From: Actinomycetota bacterium
GTDB taxonomy: Bacteria; Actinomycetota; Thermoleophilia; Solirubrobacterales; 70-9
DNA: 64,000 nt
Direction: 5' to 3'
Assembly: GCA_018268415.1 (NCBI GenBank)
Contig: JAFDWO010000136.1
Location: 494-64,493 of the forward strand
Below are positions 26,421 to 36,038 of the stretch, one piece after another. The translations under genes were made by a program, and so were the position numbers. The number at the start of each line of letters is the position of its first letter. The first letter of the stretch is position 1. The notes under the pieces were generated by a model, which was given only the letters and a program-made list of their open reading frames with translations, made no database searches and had not been told where the DNA came from.

Positions 26421-27883
26421 GCGCGCCCGACCGACAGGGCGTCTTCGTCGGCGGCGCCTGGAGCACCGGTGCGGGCGAGGCGCGACCGGTCCTCGACCCC
26501 TCGAACGAGCAGCCGCTCGCGACCGTCGCCGACGCGAGCGCCGAGCAGGTCGCCGCCGCCGTGGCCGCTGCCCGCGAGGCGCAGCGCGACTGGAGCCTGC
26601 GCCCGGCGATCGAGCGCGGCGAGGTGCTGCGCAAGCTCGGGGACCTGCTCGAGGCCAATGCCGGGAGCCTGGCCGAGACGGTCACCGCCGAGGTCGGCAA
26701 GCCCGCCGCGCAGGCGGCGGGCGAGGTCGGCTTCGCCGCCGCGATCTTTCGTTACACGGCGGAGTGGGCGCGCCGGCTGACCGGCGACGTCCTGCCCAGC
26801 GACGAACGCGACGAAACGATCAACGTGCTGCGCGTGCCGATCGGGACCGTGGCGGCGATCTGCGCCTGGAACTTCCCCCTGGCGCTGTTCTCGCGCAAGG
26901 TCGCGCCGGCCCTGCTGGTGGGCAATACGGTGGTCGCCAAGCCGAGCGAGCTGACCCCGCTCGCGGCTCTGGCGGCGACCGAGCTGGCGGTCGAGGCGGG
27001 CGTCCCGGCGGGCGTCCTCAACCTCGTCTGCGGTGGCCCGGAGACCGGGCGGGCGCTGGTCCGTGACCCGCGGATCGGGATGGTGACGATGACCGGCAGC
27101 ACCCGCGCCGGCCGCCAGATCCTCGCCGACGTCGCCGAGAACATGACCCGGGTCTCGCTCGAGCTCGGCGGCAAGGCGCCGGCCATCGTCCTGCGCGACA
27201 CCGACCTCGACGCCGCGGTCGCGAACGTGGTCGGCGCGCGGCACCTGAACAGCGGCCAGGTCTGCACCTGCGCCGAGGTCGTCTACGTCGAGCACGCCGT
27301 CGCCGACGAGTTCGCCGCCCGTTACGCGGCGGCCGTCGCGGGCCTGCGGGTCGGCGACCCGCGCGAGGACCCCGACCTCGGGCCGCTGGCGAGTGCCGCG
27401 CAGCTGGAGAAGGTCGGCGGTGCGGTCGGCGGCGCGCTGGCGGCAGGCGCCACGGCGCTGGTCGAGGGGGGACGGCTCGAGGACCGCGGCCCCGGCTACT
27501 GGTTCGCGCCGGTCGTCCTGCGCGACGTCGACGCGTCGATGCCGGTGGTCGCCGACGAGGTCTTCGGCCCGGTCACGCCGCTGGTCGAGGTCGGTTCGCT
27601 GGGGGAGGCGATCGAGCACGCCAACGCCTCGCCGTACGGCCTCTCGGCCTACCTCTACACCAACGACTACGGCAAGGCGATGCGCGCCGCGCGCGACCTC
27701 GACTGCGGCGAGCTCTACATCAACCGCAGCATCGGCGAGGCGCTCCAGGCGCACCATTCCGGCCACCGCCAGTCGGGGATGGGCGGCGAGGACGGCCTCT
27801 ACGGACTCCAGCGCTACACGCAGCTGCGCAGCGTCTACCACCACTTCGGAGCAGCAGAGAAGGAGAGCCCTGATGGCATTTGA
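26417..27883 (+). CDS. NAD(P)-dependent aldehyde dehydrogenase
   Basis: ATG 26417 overlaps the upstream stop (ATGA). ELGGKAP and GQVCTCAE (catalytic Cys) motifs. 488 aa. Confidence 0.85.
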   Translation: MSAPDRQGVFVGGAWSTGAGEARPVLDPSNEQPLATVADASAEQVAAAVAAAREAQRDWSLRPAIERGEVLRKLGDLLEANAGSLAETVTAEVGKPAAQAAGEVGFAAAIFRYTAEWARRLTGDVLPSDERDETINVLRVPIGTVAAICAWNFPLALFSRKVAPALLVGNTVVAKPSELTPLAALAATELAVEAGVPAGVLNLVCGGPETGRALVRDPRIGMVTMTGSTRAGRQILADVAENMTRVSLELGGKAPAIVLRDTDLDAAVANVVGARHLNSGQVCTCAEVVYVEHAVADEFAARYAAAVAGLRVGDPREDPDLGPLASAAQLEKVGGAVGGALAAGATALVEGGRLEDRGPGYWFAPVVLRDVDASMPVVADEVFGPVTPLVEVGSLGEAIEHANASPYGLSAYLYTNDYGKAMRAARDLDCGELYINRSIGEALQAHHSGHRQSGMGGEDGLYGLQRYTQLRSVYHHFGAAEKESPDGI

Positions 27884-28460
27884 CCGCACCAAGCCACCGG
27901 GCGAGGCGACCCTCGCCCAGACTCCCGAGGCGGCCTACGGCCTCGAGTTCGGCAAGACCTACGTGGCCCCCGAGGATGAGCGGCCGGCAGTGTCGCTGAA
28001 CCCCGACCAGGGTCGCGTCCTGGCCGCCTGGGCCGACCGCCTGATCCCCGCCGGGGATGGTTGGCCGGGGGCCGCGGAGGTCGGCGCGGTCACCTACGCC
28101 GACAACGTCGCCTCGCGCTCGCCGCTCCTGCGGGCGATGCTCCTGCGGGCGGTGGACCTGGTCGAGCGCGAGGCGCTCGGGCGGCACGGGGAGGGCTTCG
28201 CCGGCTGTACCGACGAGCAACGCGCCGCGCTCCTGGGCGAGCTCGAGGGGGACGAGGACGACGGCCCCCTCTTCGACCTGATCCTGGAGCTGATCTTCGA
28301 GGGCTACTACCGCGCCGCGCCGGTGCTCGAGATGGTCGAGAAGAGGACCGGCTTCCGGGTGATGGCGCCGGTCGAGGGAGTCGAGATCGAGCCCTTCGAC
28401 GAGAGCCTGCTGGGGCGGGTCAAGCAGCTGCCCCGACGGTGGCGGGAGGTGGCCGCATGA
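27873..28460 (+). CDS. gluconate 2-dehydrogenase subunit 3-like small subunit
   Basis: 195 aa starting MAFDRTKPPG. ADRLIPAGDGWPGA region. Overlaps both neighbouring genes. Confidence 0.55.
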   Translation: MAFDRTKPPGEATLAQTPEAAYGLEFGKTYVAPEDERPAVSLNPDQGRVLAAWADRLIPAGDGWPGAAEVGAVTYADNVASRSPLLRAMLLRAVDLVEREALGRHGEGFAGCTDEQRAALLGELEGDEDDGPLFDLILELIFEGYYRAAPVLEMVEKRTGFRVMAPVEGVEIEPFDESLLGRVKQLPRRWREVAA

Positions 28461-30043
28461 ACGCGACCGAGCCCGACGTGCTGGTGATCGGGGCGGGCGC
28501 CGCCGGCGCCGCGCTGACCTGGCGACTCGCCTCGAAAGGCGCCTCTGTCGTCTGCCTCGAGGAGGGCGACTGGGTCGACCGCGACACGATCCCGAAGGGT
28601 CACGTCGACTGGGAGGTGCGTGGCCGCCACTACTGGAACCCCGCCCCGTCGATCCGTGATCGCGAAGTCGATTACGCGGTGACCAACGGGGGCGAGAACC
28701 CCGTCGACCCGTTCATGTACTCGGCCGTCGGCGGGAGCACGATCGGCTTCGGCGCCCAGTACTGGCGCCTCCAACCATCAGACTTTCGCGCCCGCACGCT
28801 GGATGACTTCGGCGTCGACTGGCCGATCGCCTACGAGGACCTCGCCCCCTACTACGACATCAACGAGCGCGAGACCGGCGTCTCCGGCCTGGCCGGAGAC
28901 CCGACCGGACCGCAGCGCCCGGCCCCGCCGCTGCCGCCCAACGCGATGGGCTCGGTGGGCCGTCGCTGGGCGGCGGGCTTCGAGAAGCTCGGCTGGTACT
29001 GGTGGCCGCAGGACAGCGCGATCATCAGCCGCGACTATCGCGGCCGCGCCGCCTGCACGAACCGCAGCCAGTGCGCCTTCGGCTGTCCGCAGAAGGCGCT
29101 CTCGACCGCCGACGTCACCTACTGGCCGGTCGCCCTCGAGCTGGGGGCGGAGCTACGCGTCCGGGCGCGGGTCCGGCGCGTCATCCTCGACACCGCGGGT
29201 CGGGCCGTCGGGGTCGAGTACTACGACGCCGACGGTCGGCTGCAGGAGCAGCGGGCGAAGCGGGTGGTGATCTGCGCCGGGGGCATCGGCACGCCGCGGC
29301 TGCTGCTGATGTCGGCGAGCGCGACCCATCCGGACGGCCTCGCCAACTCGAGCGGGCAGGTCGGGCGCAACTTCATGGTCCACTGCCAGACCCTCGTCGC
29401 CGGGCGTTTCGAGGAGCCGACCGAGTCCTACGCCGGGACGGTCGGCTCGATGTCCTCGCGGCAGTTCTACGAGACCGATCCCGATAACGACTTCGTCCGC
29501 GGCTTCATCGTCGCCGGCAACCGCGGCTACTCGCCGCTGTTGACCGCGCTGCAGTTCCGGCTCTGGGGCGGCGAGCATCACGAGAAGCTCGAGCACCACC
29601 TCAACCACGACGCCACCGTGTACGTCTGCGGCGACGACGAGCCCGAGGAACACAACCGGGTCGAGCTCGACCACGGCCGGCTCGACGACTTCGGCCTGCC
29701 CGGCGTGACGACCAGCTACACGATGTCGGAGAACAGCCGGCGGATGACCGAGGCGGCGATCGGCCGCGCGACCGAGCTGTGCATGGCCGCCGGGGCCGAC
29801 TCGGTGCGTGACTTCGGCGTCGCGCCCGGCTTCGGCTGGCACCTGCTCGGCACCGCGCGGATGGGCGCCGATGCGGGCGCCTCGGTGGTCGACGCGGACC
29901 ACCGGGCGCACGACGTGCCGGGCCTCTACATCGCCGACGGCAGCTCGATGCCGACCGGCGGCGCGGTCAATCCGGCGCACACCATCCAGGCGCTTGCCCT
30001 GCGTGCCGCCGACCGGATCTGGGAGGGCCGCAACGATGGCTGA
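28457..30043 (+). CDS. GMC-family FAD oxidoreductase
   Basis: ATG 28457 (ATGA overlap). DVLVIGAGAAGAAL FAD motif. C-terminal HDVPGLYIADGSSMPTGGAVNPAHTI. 528 aa. Confidence 0.85.
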   Translation: MNATEPDVLVIGAGAAGAALTWRLASKGASVVCLEEGDWVDRDTIPKGHVDWEVRGRHYWNPAPSIRDREVDYAVTNGGENPVDPFMYSAVGGSTIGFGAQYWRLQPSDFRARTLDDFGVDWPIAYEDLAPYYDINERETGVSGLAGDPTGPQRPAPPLPPNAMGSVGRRWAAGFEKLGWYWWPQDSAIISRDYRGRAACTNRSQCAFGCPQKALSTADVTYWPVALELGAELRVRARVRRVILDTAGRAVGVEYYDADGRLQEQRAKRVVICAGGIGTPRLLLMSASATHPDGLANSSGQVGRNFMVHCQTLVAGRFEEPTESYAGTVGSMSSRQFYETDPDNDFVRGFIVAGNRGYSPLLTALQFRLWGGEHHEKLEHHLNHDATVYVCGDDEPEEHNRVELDHGRLDDFGLPGVTTSYTMSENSRRMTEAAIGRATELCMAAGADSVRDFGVAPGFGWHLLGTARMGADAGASVVDADHRAHDVPGLYIADGSSMPTGGAVNPAHTIQALALRAADRIWEGRNDG

Positions 30044-31145
30044 GGCGACGCAGATCGAGTTCCCCGCGGTCGAGGAGGTGCGGCTGCGCCGCCTGGCGAT
30101 GCCGCTGGAGGAGCCGATCCGGAGTGGCATCCACGCGATCGACTCGATCCACCTGTTCACCGCCGAGGTGAGCGCCGGCGGCTCTACCGGCCTCGGCTAT
30201 GCGTTCTCGTTCCGGCCCAACGAGATCGCCGCGGTGGCGGCCCTGGGCGCCGACCTGGCGAAGGTCGTGATGGAAGGGCGGCGGGGCGTGCGCGCTCACT
30301 GGCAGGCGATGTGGGACCACCTCAACTTCATCGGCCACGAGGGGGCGGGCGTGATGGCGATGGCGGCGATCGACACGGCGCTCTGGGACCTGCTCGCCCG
30401 CGAGGCGGGCCTGCCGCTCTACCGGCTGCTCGGCGCGGCCGAGCCGGGCGTCGACGTCTACGGCGCGGGCGGCTGGATCTCCTGGCCGGTCGAGCGGGTG
30501 GTCGAGGAGGCCCGCAGCTTCGCCGCCGCCGGCTACCGCGCCTACAAGATGCGGGTCGGCTCGCGCGACTGGCGCGGCGACGCCGAGCGGGTGCGCACGG
30601 TGCGCGAGGCGCTCGACCCCGGCTTCGGCCTGATGGTCGACGTCAACCAGGCCTGGAGCGTCGACGTCGCGATGCGGTTCGGACAGGCACTCGAGGAGGT
30701 CGGGCTGATCTGGATCGAGGAGCCGACCGATGCCCAGGACCACGCCGGTCAGGCCCGCCTGGCGCGCCGCCTGCACACCCCCATCGCGGCGGGGGAGACG
30801 CTCTGGGGACGGCGGGGCTTCACCGAGCTGCTCGCCGCCGGTGGGGTCGACGTGGTCCAGCTCGACCTGATGCGGTGTGGCGGGATCACCCCGTTCATGG
30901 CGATCGTGCCGCTGGTCGAAGCGACGCGCGCGCCGGTCACCTCGCATCTCTTCACCCCGATCAGCGCCCACCTCCTGGCGGCCTGCGCGCGGCCCTACAT
31001 GGCCGAGCACCTGCCGAGCTGGTTCGACCCGTTCTTCGCCCAGCCGCCGCGGATCGTCGACGGCACCCTGCTGCCGACCGAGGAGCCGGGGATCGGCCTC
31101 GAGCTGGCCGCAAGCGCGCGCGAGCGCTGGGAGGTGCGCTCGTGA
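30036..31145 (+). CDS. enolase-superfamily enzyme (mandelate racemase/muconate lactonizing, acid-sugar dehydratase-like)
   Basis: 369 aa. YKMRVG, MVDVNQAW, IEEP and DLMRCGG metal/base motifs. 8-nt overlap with the GMC gene. Confidence 0.8.
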   Translation: MAEATQIEFPAVEEVRLRRLAMPLEEPIRSGIHAIDSIHLFTAEVSAGGSTGLGYAFSFRPNEIAAVAALGADLAKVVMEGRRGVRAHWQAMWDHLNFIGHEGAGVMAMAAIDTALWDLLAREAGLPLYRLLGAAEPGVDVYGAGGWISWPVERVVEEARSFAAAGYRAYKMRVGSRDWRGDAERVRTVREALDPGFGLMVDVNQAWSVDVAMRFGQALEEVGLIWIEEPTDAQDHAGQARLARRLHTPIAAGETLWGRRGFTELLAAGGVDVVQLDLMRCGGITPFMAIVPLVEATRAPVTSHLFTPISAHLLAACARPYMAEHLPSWFDPFFAQPPRIVDGTLLPTEEPGIGLELAASARERWEVRS

Positions 31146-32041
31146 ACGCCACCGAGCTGCTGCGCGGGGCGGTCGATCTGCACATCCACCCGAGCCCCTC
31201 GCCCTATCCACGGCGGGTCGATGCGATCGGTGCGGCGGAGGCGGCGGCGCGCCACGGGATGCGGGCGATCGTCCTCAAGTCCCACCACAGCGACACGGCG
31301 ATGCTGATCGACGCGTTCGCCGACCGTGGTCTCGCCGAGATCCCGGTGACGGTAAAGGGCGGCGTCGTCCTCAACAGCCAGGTCGGCGGCATCAACCCGC
31401 ACGCCGTGGCGCTCTCGCTGGCGATGGGCGGGCGCATCGTCTGGCTGCCGACGATCTCGGCCCCGCCGCACATCGCCTCGACCGGGCACGCCTTCCCGAC
31501 CGCGACCGTCGACCTGCCCGAGGAGCCGCCGGTCGACGTCTGGGCCGACGCGGAGGGCGGCGAGCTGAAGCCGGAGCTGCACGAGATCCTGGCGATGCTC
31601 GCCAAGGCCGACGCGATCCTCGCGTCCGGCCACGTCGGCGCGGCCTCGATCGTCGCCACCTTCGAAGCCGCCCACGCCGCGGGCGTCAGGCGCCTCCTGG
31701 TCAACCACCCGAACTTCATCGTCGACGTCGGGTCGGCCGAGGCGAGGCGACTGGTCGAGCTCGGCGCCTACATCGAGCACGAGGCATCGATGTACGACGA
31801 GCGCTCGAAGTTCCACGCCTACGGCATCGAGACGCTGGAAGGGTGGATCGAGCTGGCGGGCCCCGAGCACACCGTGCTCGCGTCCGATCTTGGCCAGGCG
31901 AACAACCCCCTGCCACCGGAATCGCTCGCGCTGATCGCCGAGCGGTTGTCGGCCAACGGCACCGCGGCCGAGGACCTCCGGGCGCTGCTCGCCCGCAACC
32001 CGGCGCGGCTGCTCGGACTTGACGAGGACGCCGCGGCGTGA
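31142..32041 (+). CDS. putative metal-dependent hydrolase of unknown function (amidohydrolase/PHP-like, DUF6282-like)
   Basis: GTG 31142 overlaps the upstream stop (GTGA). DLHIHPSPS, LKSHH, ASGH and VNHPN His-rich motifs. 299 aa. Confidence 0.55.
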   Translation: MNATELLRGAVDLHIHPSPSPYPRRVDAIGAAEAAARHGMRAIVLKSHHSDTAMLIDAFADRGLAEIPVTVKGGVVLNSQVGGINPHAVALSLAMGGRIVWLPTISAPPHIASTGHAFPTATVDLPEEPPVDVWADAEGGELKPELHEILAMLAKADAILASGHVGAASIVATFEAAHAAGVRRLLVNHPNFIVDVGSAEARRLVELGAYIEHEASMYDERSKFHAYGIETLEGWIELAGPEHTVLASDLGQANNPLPPESLALIAERLSANGTAAEDLRALLARNPARLLGLDEDAAA

Positions 32042-32069
32042 AATGGTGTGGGCCACCAAGCGGTTCAGT

Positions 32070-32086
32070 GTTCCACTATATGGAAC
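32070..32086. promoter_or_regulatory. palindrome GTTCCA-CTATA-TGGAAC, candidate operator upstream of the second IclR gene
   Basis: Perfect 6-bp arms in the only AT-rich patch, 33 bp upstream of the ATG at 32119. Confidence 0.3.
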
Positions 32087-32118
32087 TCCACAGCTGGACC
32101 GCTTGCACCACCGGGAAG

Positions 32119-32937
32119 ATGGAAGAGAACGGCAGTCAGATTCAGGTGATCGACCGCGCGGTCGCGTTGATGCGGGCGCTTTCCGATGCCGACGGCCCGG
32201 TGGGCCTGCGTGATCTCGCCCGTCGCGTCGGACTGTCGCCCAGCACCACCCGCCGGATCCTCGCCTCGCTCGCCCACCACGGGCTCTGCGAGCAGACGCC
32301 GGAGGGGTCCTACCGACTCGGGCTGGTCCTCTTCGAGCTCGGCAGCAAGGTCGAAGCCAACCTCGACGTCCGCACGCGCAGCCTGCCCGCCCTGCAGCGA
32401 CTGTCCGAGCAGTCGCACCTGACGGCGTTCGTCTGCATCCAGCGCGACGACCGGGCGATCGCGATCGAGCGGGTCGACGGACGCTATGCGTTCTCGCTGG
32501 CGCTGACCGTGGGCGGCTCGCTGCCGCTGCACGCCGGCGGCGCCTCGCGGGCGCTGCTCGCCTTCCTGCCCGAGGAGGAGATCCGGCGCCTGCTCGGCTC
32601 GAGCCCGCGCGAGGCCTTCACCGGACGCACCATCACCGACCCCGAGGAGATCGTCGCCGACCTGCGCGAGGTGCGCGAGCGCGGCTACGCGATCTCCGAC
32701 GAGGACGTCACGCCTGGCGTCGCCGCGCTCGGCATGCCGGTTTTCGGCCACCTCTACGCCGATCGCCCGGTCGCCTCGGTCTCGATCGCCGGCCTCGTGC
32801 CGCAGGTGCTGGGGGACGATCGCGAGCGGCTGCTCGGCCTGCTCCGCGAGGCCGCCGAGGAGATCTCCCGCGAACTTGGCCATGGCCTCACCGAGGGCCA
32901 GGAACCCGGCAAACCGAGCGAAGGAGCGGCCGCATGA
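32119..32937 (+). CDS. IclR-family transcriptional regulator
   Basis: Met at 32119 (MEENGSQIQVIDRAVALMRAL) within ORF 32038..32937. HTH LRDLARRVGLSPSTTRRILASL. Confidence 0.8.
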   Translation: MEENGSQIQVIDRAVALMRALSDADGPVGLRDLARRVGLSPSTTRRILASLAHHGLCEQTPEGSYRLGLVLFELGSKVEANLDVRTRSLPALQRLSEQSHLTAFVCIQRDDRAIAIERVDGRYAFSLALTVGGSLPLHAGGASRALLAFLPEEEIRRLLGSSPREAFTGRTITDPEEIVADLREVRERGYAISDEDVTPGVAALGMPVFGHLYADRPVASVSIAGLVPQVLGDDRERLLGLLREAAEEISRELGHGLTEGQEPGKPSEGAAA

Positions 32938-33314
32938 GCGAGCAGAACGAGTTGGTGATCGACATCGGTGAGGGCCGTGACTTCTACGGGCTCGGCGCCC
33001 GCGTGCACCGGCTGGTCCACCCGAAGACCACCGGCTCCGACCAGGTCGGGGTCTCGGTCGCCATGCACGGTCCCGGCGAGATCGTCAAACGCCACCGCCA
33101 TCCCTACGAGGAGGCCTACTACGTGATCAAAGGGGAGGGCGTGATGTACATGGAGGGCCGCGAGGAGATCGAGCTCCATCCCGGCCGCGCCGTCTACATC
33201 CCGCCGGAAACCATCCATGGGCAGCGCAACACGTCGGACGTCGACGACCTCTGGATTCTCTGCTCGCTGTCGCCACCGCCCCCCGAGGGCGAGACCCCGG
33301 AGCTGTTCGAATGA
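32934..33314 (+). CDS. cupin-domain protein
   Basis: 126 aa. HRHPYEEAYYVIKGEG and YIPPETIHG motifs. ATGA overlap with IclR. Confidence 0.7.
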   Translation: MSEQNELVIDIGEGRDFYGLGARVHRLVHPKTTGSDQVGVSVAMHGPGEIVKRHRHPYEEAYYVIKGEGVMYMEGREEIELHPGRAVYIPPETIHGQRNTSDVDDLWILCSLSPPPPEGETPELFE

Positions 33315-34177
33315 GCCCCGCCGCCACCAACGCGGTCGACCGCGAGACGATCGAGCGGCTCGAAGAGCGCGCCCTCTTCATCCGCAAGGAAACGATCCGG
33401 CTGATCTCGATCGCCAAGGTCGGCCACTACGCCTCGGCCTTCTCCTGCGCGGAGATCCTCTCGACCCTGTTCTACGGGGTGATGGACCTGAAGCAGGGGG
33501 AGCCCGACTGGCCCGACCGTGATCGCTTCATGTTCGGCAAGGGCCATGCCGCCGTCGCCCTCTACCCGATCCTCGCCGACCACGGCTTCCTCGACCGCGA
33601 GGTGCTCGACGAGTACACCAAGCTCGGCAACCCGCTCGGCGATCACCCGGACCGCACCCGGGTCCCTGGGGTCGACTTCTCCAGCGGCTCGATCGGCCAT
33701 GCCCTCTCGGCGGGCCTCGGGATGGTCCTCGCGGGCCGGCTCGACGGTCGCGACTTCAACTCGTTCGTGCTGTTGGGCGACGGCGAGCAGAACGAGGGCC
33801 AGGTCTGGGAAGCGGCGATGTCGGCAGCCCACCACCGGGCCGGCCGGGTGATCGTGATCATCGATCGCAACCGGTACTGCCTCGACGGCGAGGTCGACGA
33901 GGTGATGGGGATCGAGCCGCTCGACGAGAAGTGGCGGGCCTTCGGCTGGGACGTCCACGAGGTCGACGGTCACGATGTCTCGGCGCTCTGCCCGCTCCTG
34001 CGCTCGCTCGCCGACCGCGAGGCGCCCGAGCAGCCGGCGGTGGTCATCGCCCACACGGTCAAGGGCAAGGGCGTCCCCTTCATGGAGAGCGAAATCGGCT
34101 GGCACCTCGGCTACCTCAGCCCCGAGGACGAGGCGAAGGCCCTGGAGTACATCGAGTCCGCGGCGCAAAGGAGCTGA
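33311..34177 (+). CDS. transketolase, N-terminal (TPP-binding) subunit
   Basis: 288 aa. GHYASAFSCAEIL, GSIGHALSAGLG and GDGEQNEGQVWEA motifs. Confidence 0.85.
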   Translation: MSPAATNAVDRETIERLEERALFIRKETIRLISIAKVGHYASAFSCAEILSTLFYGVMDLKQGEPDWPDRDRFMFGKGHAAVALYPILADHGFLDREVLDEYTKLGNPLGDHPDRTRVPGVDFSSGSIGHALSAGLGMVLAGRLDGRDFNSFVLLGDGEQNEGQVWEAAMSAAHHRAGRVIVIIDRNRYCLDGEVDEVMGIEPLDEKWRAFGWDVHEVDGHDVSALCPLLRSLADREAPEQPAVVIAHTVKGKGVPFMESEIGWHLGYLSPEDEAKALEYIESAAQRS

Positions 34178-34179
34178 CG

Positions 34180-35184
34180 ATGGCGGCACAGCAGACGATC
34201 CAACGAACCACCGCCGAGAGCTGGACCCTGCTCGACCTGCTCGACCAGGCACCCGGGCTGCACGCGCTCGCCGATGCCCTGATCGAGATCACCGAAGAGG
34301 GTGCGCCGGTGGTGGCGCTGACCGGCGACCTGAAGTACTCCAACGGCCTCGTGCGGTACGCCGAGCGCTTCCCCGAGCGCTTCTTCAACATGGGGATCTC
34401 CGAGCAGAACATGGTCAGCGTCGCGGCCGGTATGGCGACCACCGGCCTCACCCCGTTCGTGGCCGATTTCGCCTCCTTCCTGCCGCTGCTCTGCTGCGAG
34501 CAGATCCGCACCGACGTCGCCTACTCGCAACTGCCGGTGCGCCTGATCGGCCACCACGCCGGGATCACGCTGGGCTTCTACGGGACCTCCCACCACGCCA
34601 CCGAGGATCTCTCGATCACCCGCGCGATCGCCAACCTGACCGTCGTCGCCCCGACCGACGCGGCGATGCTCGCGGCGTCGATCCGCGCCTCGGTCGGCTG
34701 GGAGCAGCCGATCTATTACCGGATCGGCCGTGGTCGCGAGCCCGACGTCTACACGCCCGCGGAACTGCGCGACTTCGAGTTCGGTCGCGCGATCTGGCAC
34801 CACTGGGGCGGCGACGCCGTCGTGATCGCGACCGGCTCGATGGTGGCGCCCGCCGCCGAAGCGGTCGAGCGCCTGCGCGGCGAGGGCCACGAGGTCGGCC
34901 TGCTCGACATGCACACGATCAAGCCGATCGACCGGCAGGCGATCCTGATGGCATCCGCGGGCGGGGCGCCGCTGATCACCGTCGAGGAGCACAACACCGT
35001 CGGCGGGCTCGGCGCGGCGGTCTCCGAAGTGCTGGCCGACAAGGGCTCGCGCTCGCGCCTGCGACGTCACGGGATCCCCGACGTCTACAGCCTGATCGGC
35101 CCGCCCACCCACCTGTACCGACACTACGGCCTCGAGGGCGCCGGGATCGAGGCGGTCATCCGCGAGGAGCTGGAGCGGGGCTGA
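34180..35184 (+). CDS. transketolase, C-terminal (pyrimidine-binding) subunit
   Basis: ATG 34180 within ORF 33931..35184. FFNMGISEQNMVSVAAGMA motif. 334 aa. Confidence 0.85.
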   Translation: MAAQQTIQRTTAESWTLLDLLDQAPGLHALADALIEITEEGAPVVALTGDLKYSNGLVRYAERFPERFFNMGISEQNMVSVAAGMATTGLTPFVADFASFLPLLCCEQIRTDVAYSQLPVRLIGHHAGITLGFYGTSHHATEDLSITRAIANLTVVAPTDAAMLAASIRASVGWEQPIYYRIGRGREPDVYTPAELRDFEFGRAIWHHWGGDAVVIATGSMVAPAAEAVERLRGEGHEVGLLDMHTIKPIDRQAILMASAGGAPLITVEEHNTVGGLGAAVSEVLADKGSRSRLRRHGIPDVYSLIGPPTHLYRHYGLEGAGIEAVIREELERG

Positions 35185-36038
35185 TGCGCCCGAAGTTGAC
35201 GTCGGTCGAGGAGGCGATCGGCCTCTGCTCGTCCGGGGACGCCATCGCGCTCGGCGGGGCGACGATGCGCCGCAAGCCGATGGGCCTGGTCCGCGCCCTC
35301 GCCGGCGCCGACGTCGGTGACCTGGAGCTGTGGACCTGGATCGGCAGCGCCGACGTCGACCTGCTGATCGGGGCGGGCAAGGTGCGTGCGGTCAACTCGG
35401 CCTACGTCGGCTTCGGCGCCTTCGGCCTCGCCCAGACCAGCCGTCGCGCCTTCGCCGACGGCAGCGTCGACTTCCGCGATTGGAGCGAGAGCTCACTGGC
35501 CGAAGCCCTGCGGGCGGGGTCCGCCGGCCTTCCCGTCGCCCTCACCAAGGCGCTGCTCGGTACCTCGCTGGCGGCGGGGCTGGCGACCGAGGTCGACCTG
35601 CCGTTCACCGAGGAGCGCCTGATGGCGGTCCCGGCGGCGCGCCCCGACGTCGCGCTGATCCACGCCCAGAGCGCCGACGAGCTCGGCAACATCCGCCGCC
35701 GCCGCCCCAACCGCACCGACGACATCGATCACCTGATCGCGACCTCGGCGCGCCGTCTGATCGTCAGCGTCGAGGAGATCGTGCCCCGCGCGGAGGTGCT
35801 CGACGACCGCGACGCGACGATCATCCCGGGCACCTACGTCGACGCCGTGGTCCACCTTCCGGGCGGCGCCCACCCGACCGGCTGTGATGGCTACTACGAC
35901 CCCGACCTGGCCCACCTCGCCGCCTACGCCGAGGCGAGTCGCAGCGCCGCCGGCATCGCCGACTACATCGCCACCTACGTCGACGGCGTCGATCCGGCGC
36001 GCTACCGCGAGTTGACCGCCGGGGAGGTCACGGCGTGA
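35184..36038 (+). CDS. family I CoA-transferase, subunit A-like
   Basis: ATG 35184 overlaps the upstream TGA by 1 nt. 284 aa. Glutaconate/3-oxoacid CoA-transferase A-like N-terminus (SVEEAIGLCSSGDAIALGG). Confidence 0.7.
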   Translation: MRPKLTSVEEAIGLCSSGDAIALGGATMRRKPMGLVRALAGADVGDLELWTWIGSADVDLLIGAGKVRAVNSAYVGFGAFGLAQTSRRAFADGSVDFRDWSESSLAEALRAGSAGLPVALTKALLGTSLAAGLATEVDLPFTEERLMAVPAARPDVALIHAQSADELGNIRRRRPNRTDDIDHLIATSARRLIVSVEEIVPRAEVLDDRDATIIPGTYVDAVVHLPGGAHPTGCDGYYDPDLAHLAAYAEASRSAAGIADYIATYVDGVDPARYRELTAGEVTA

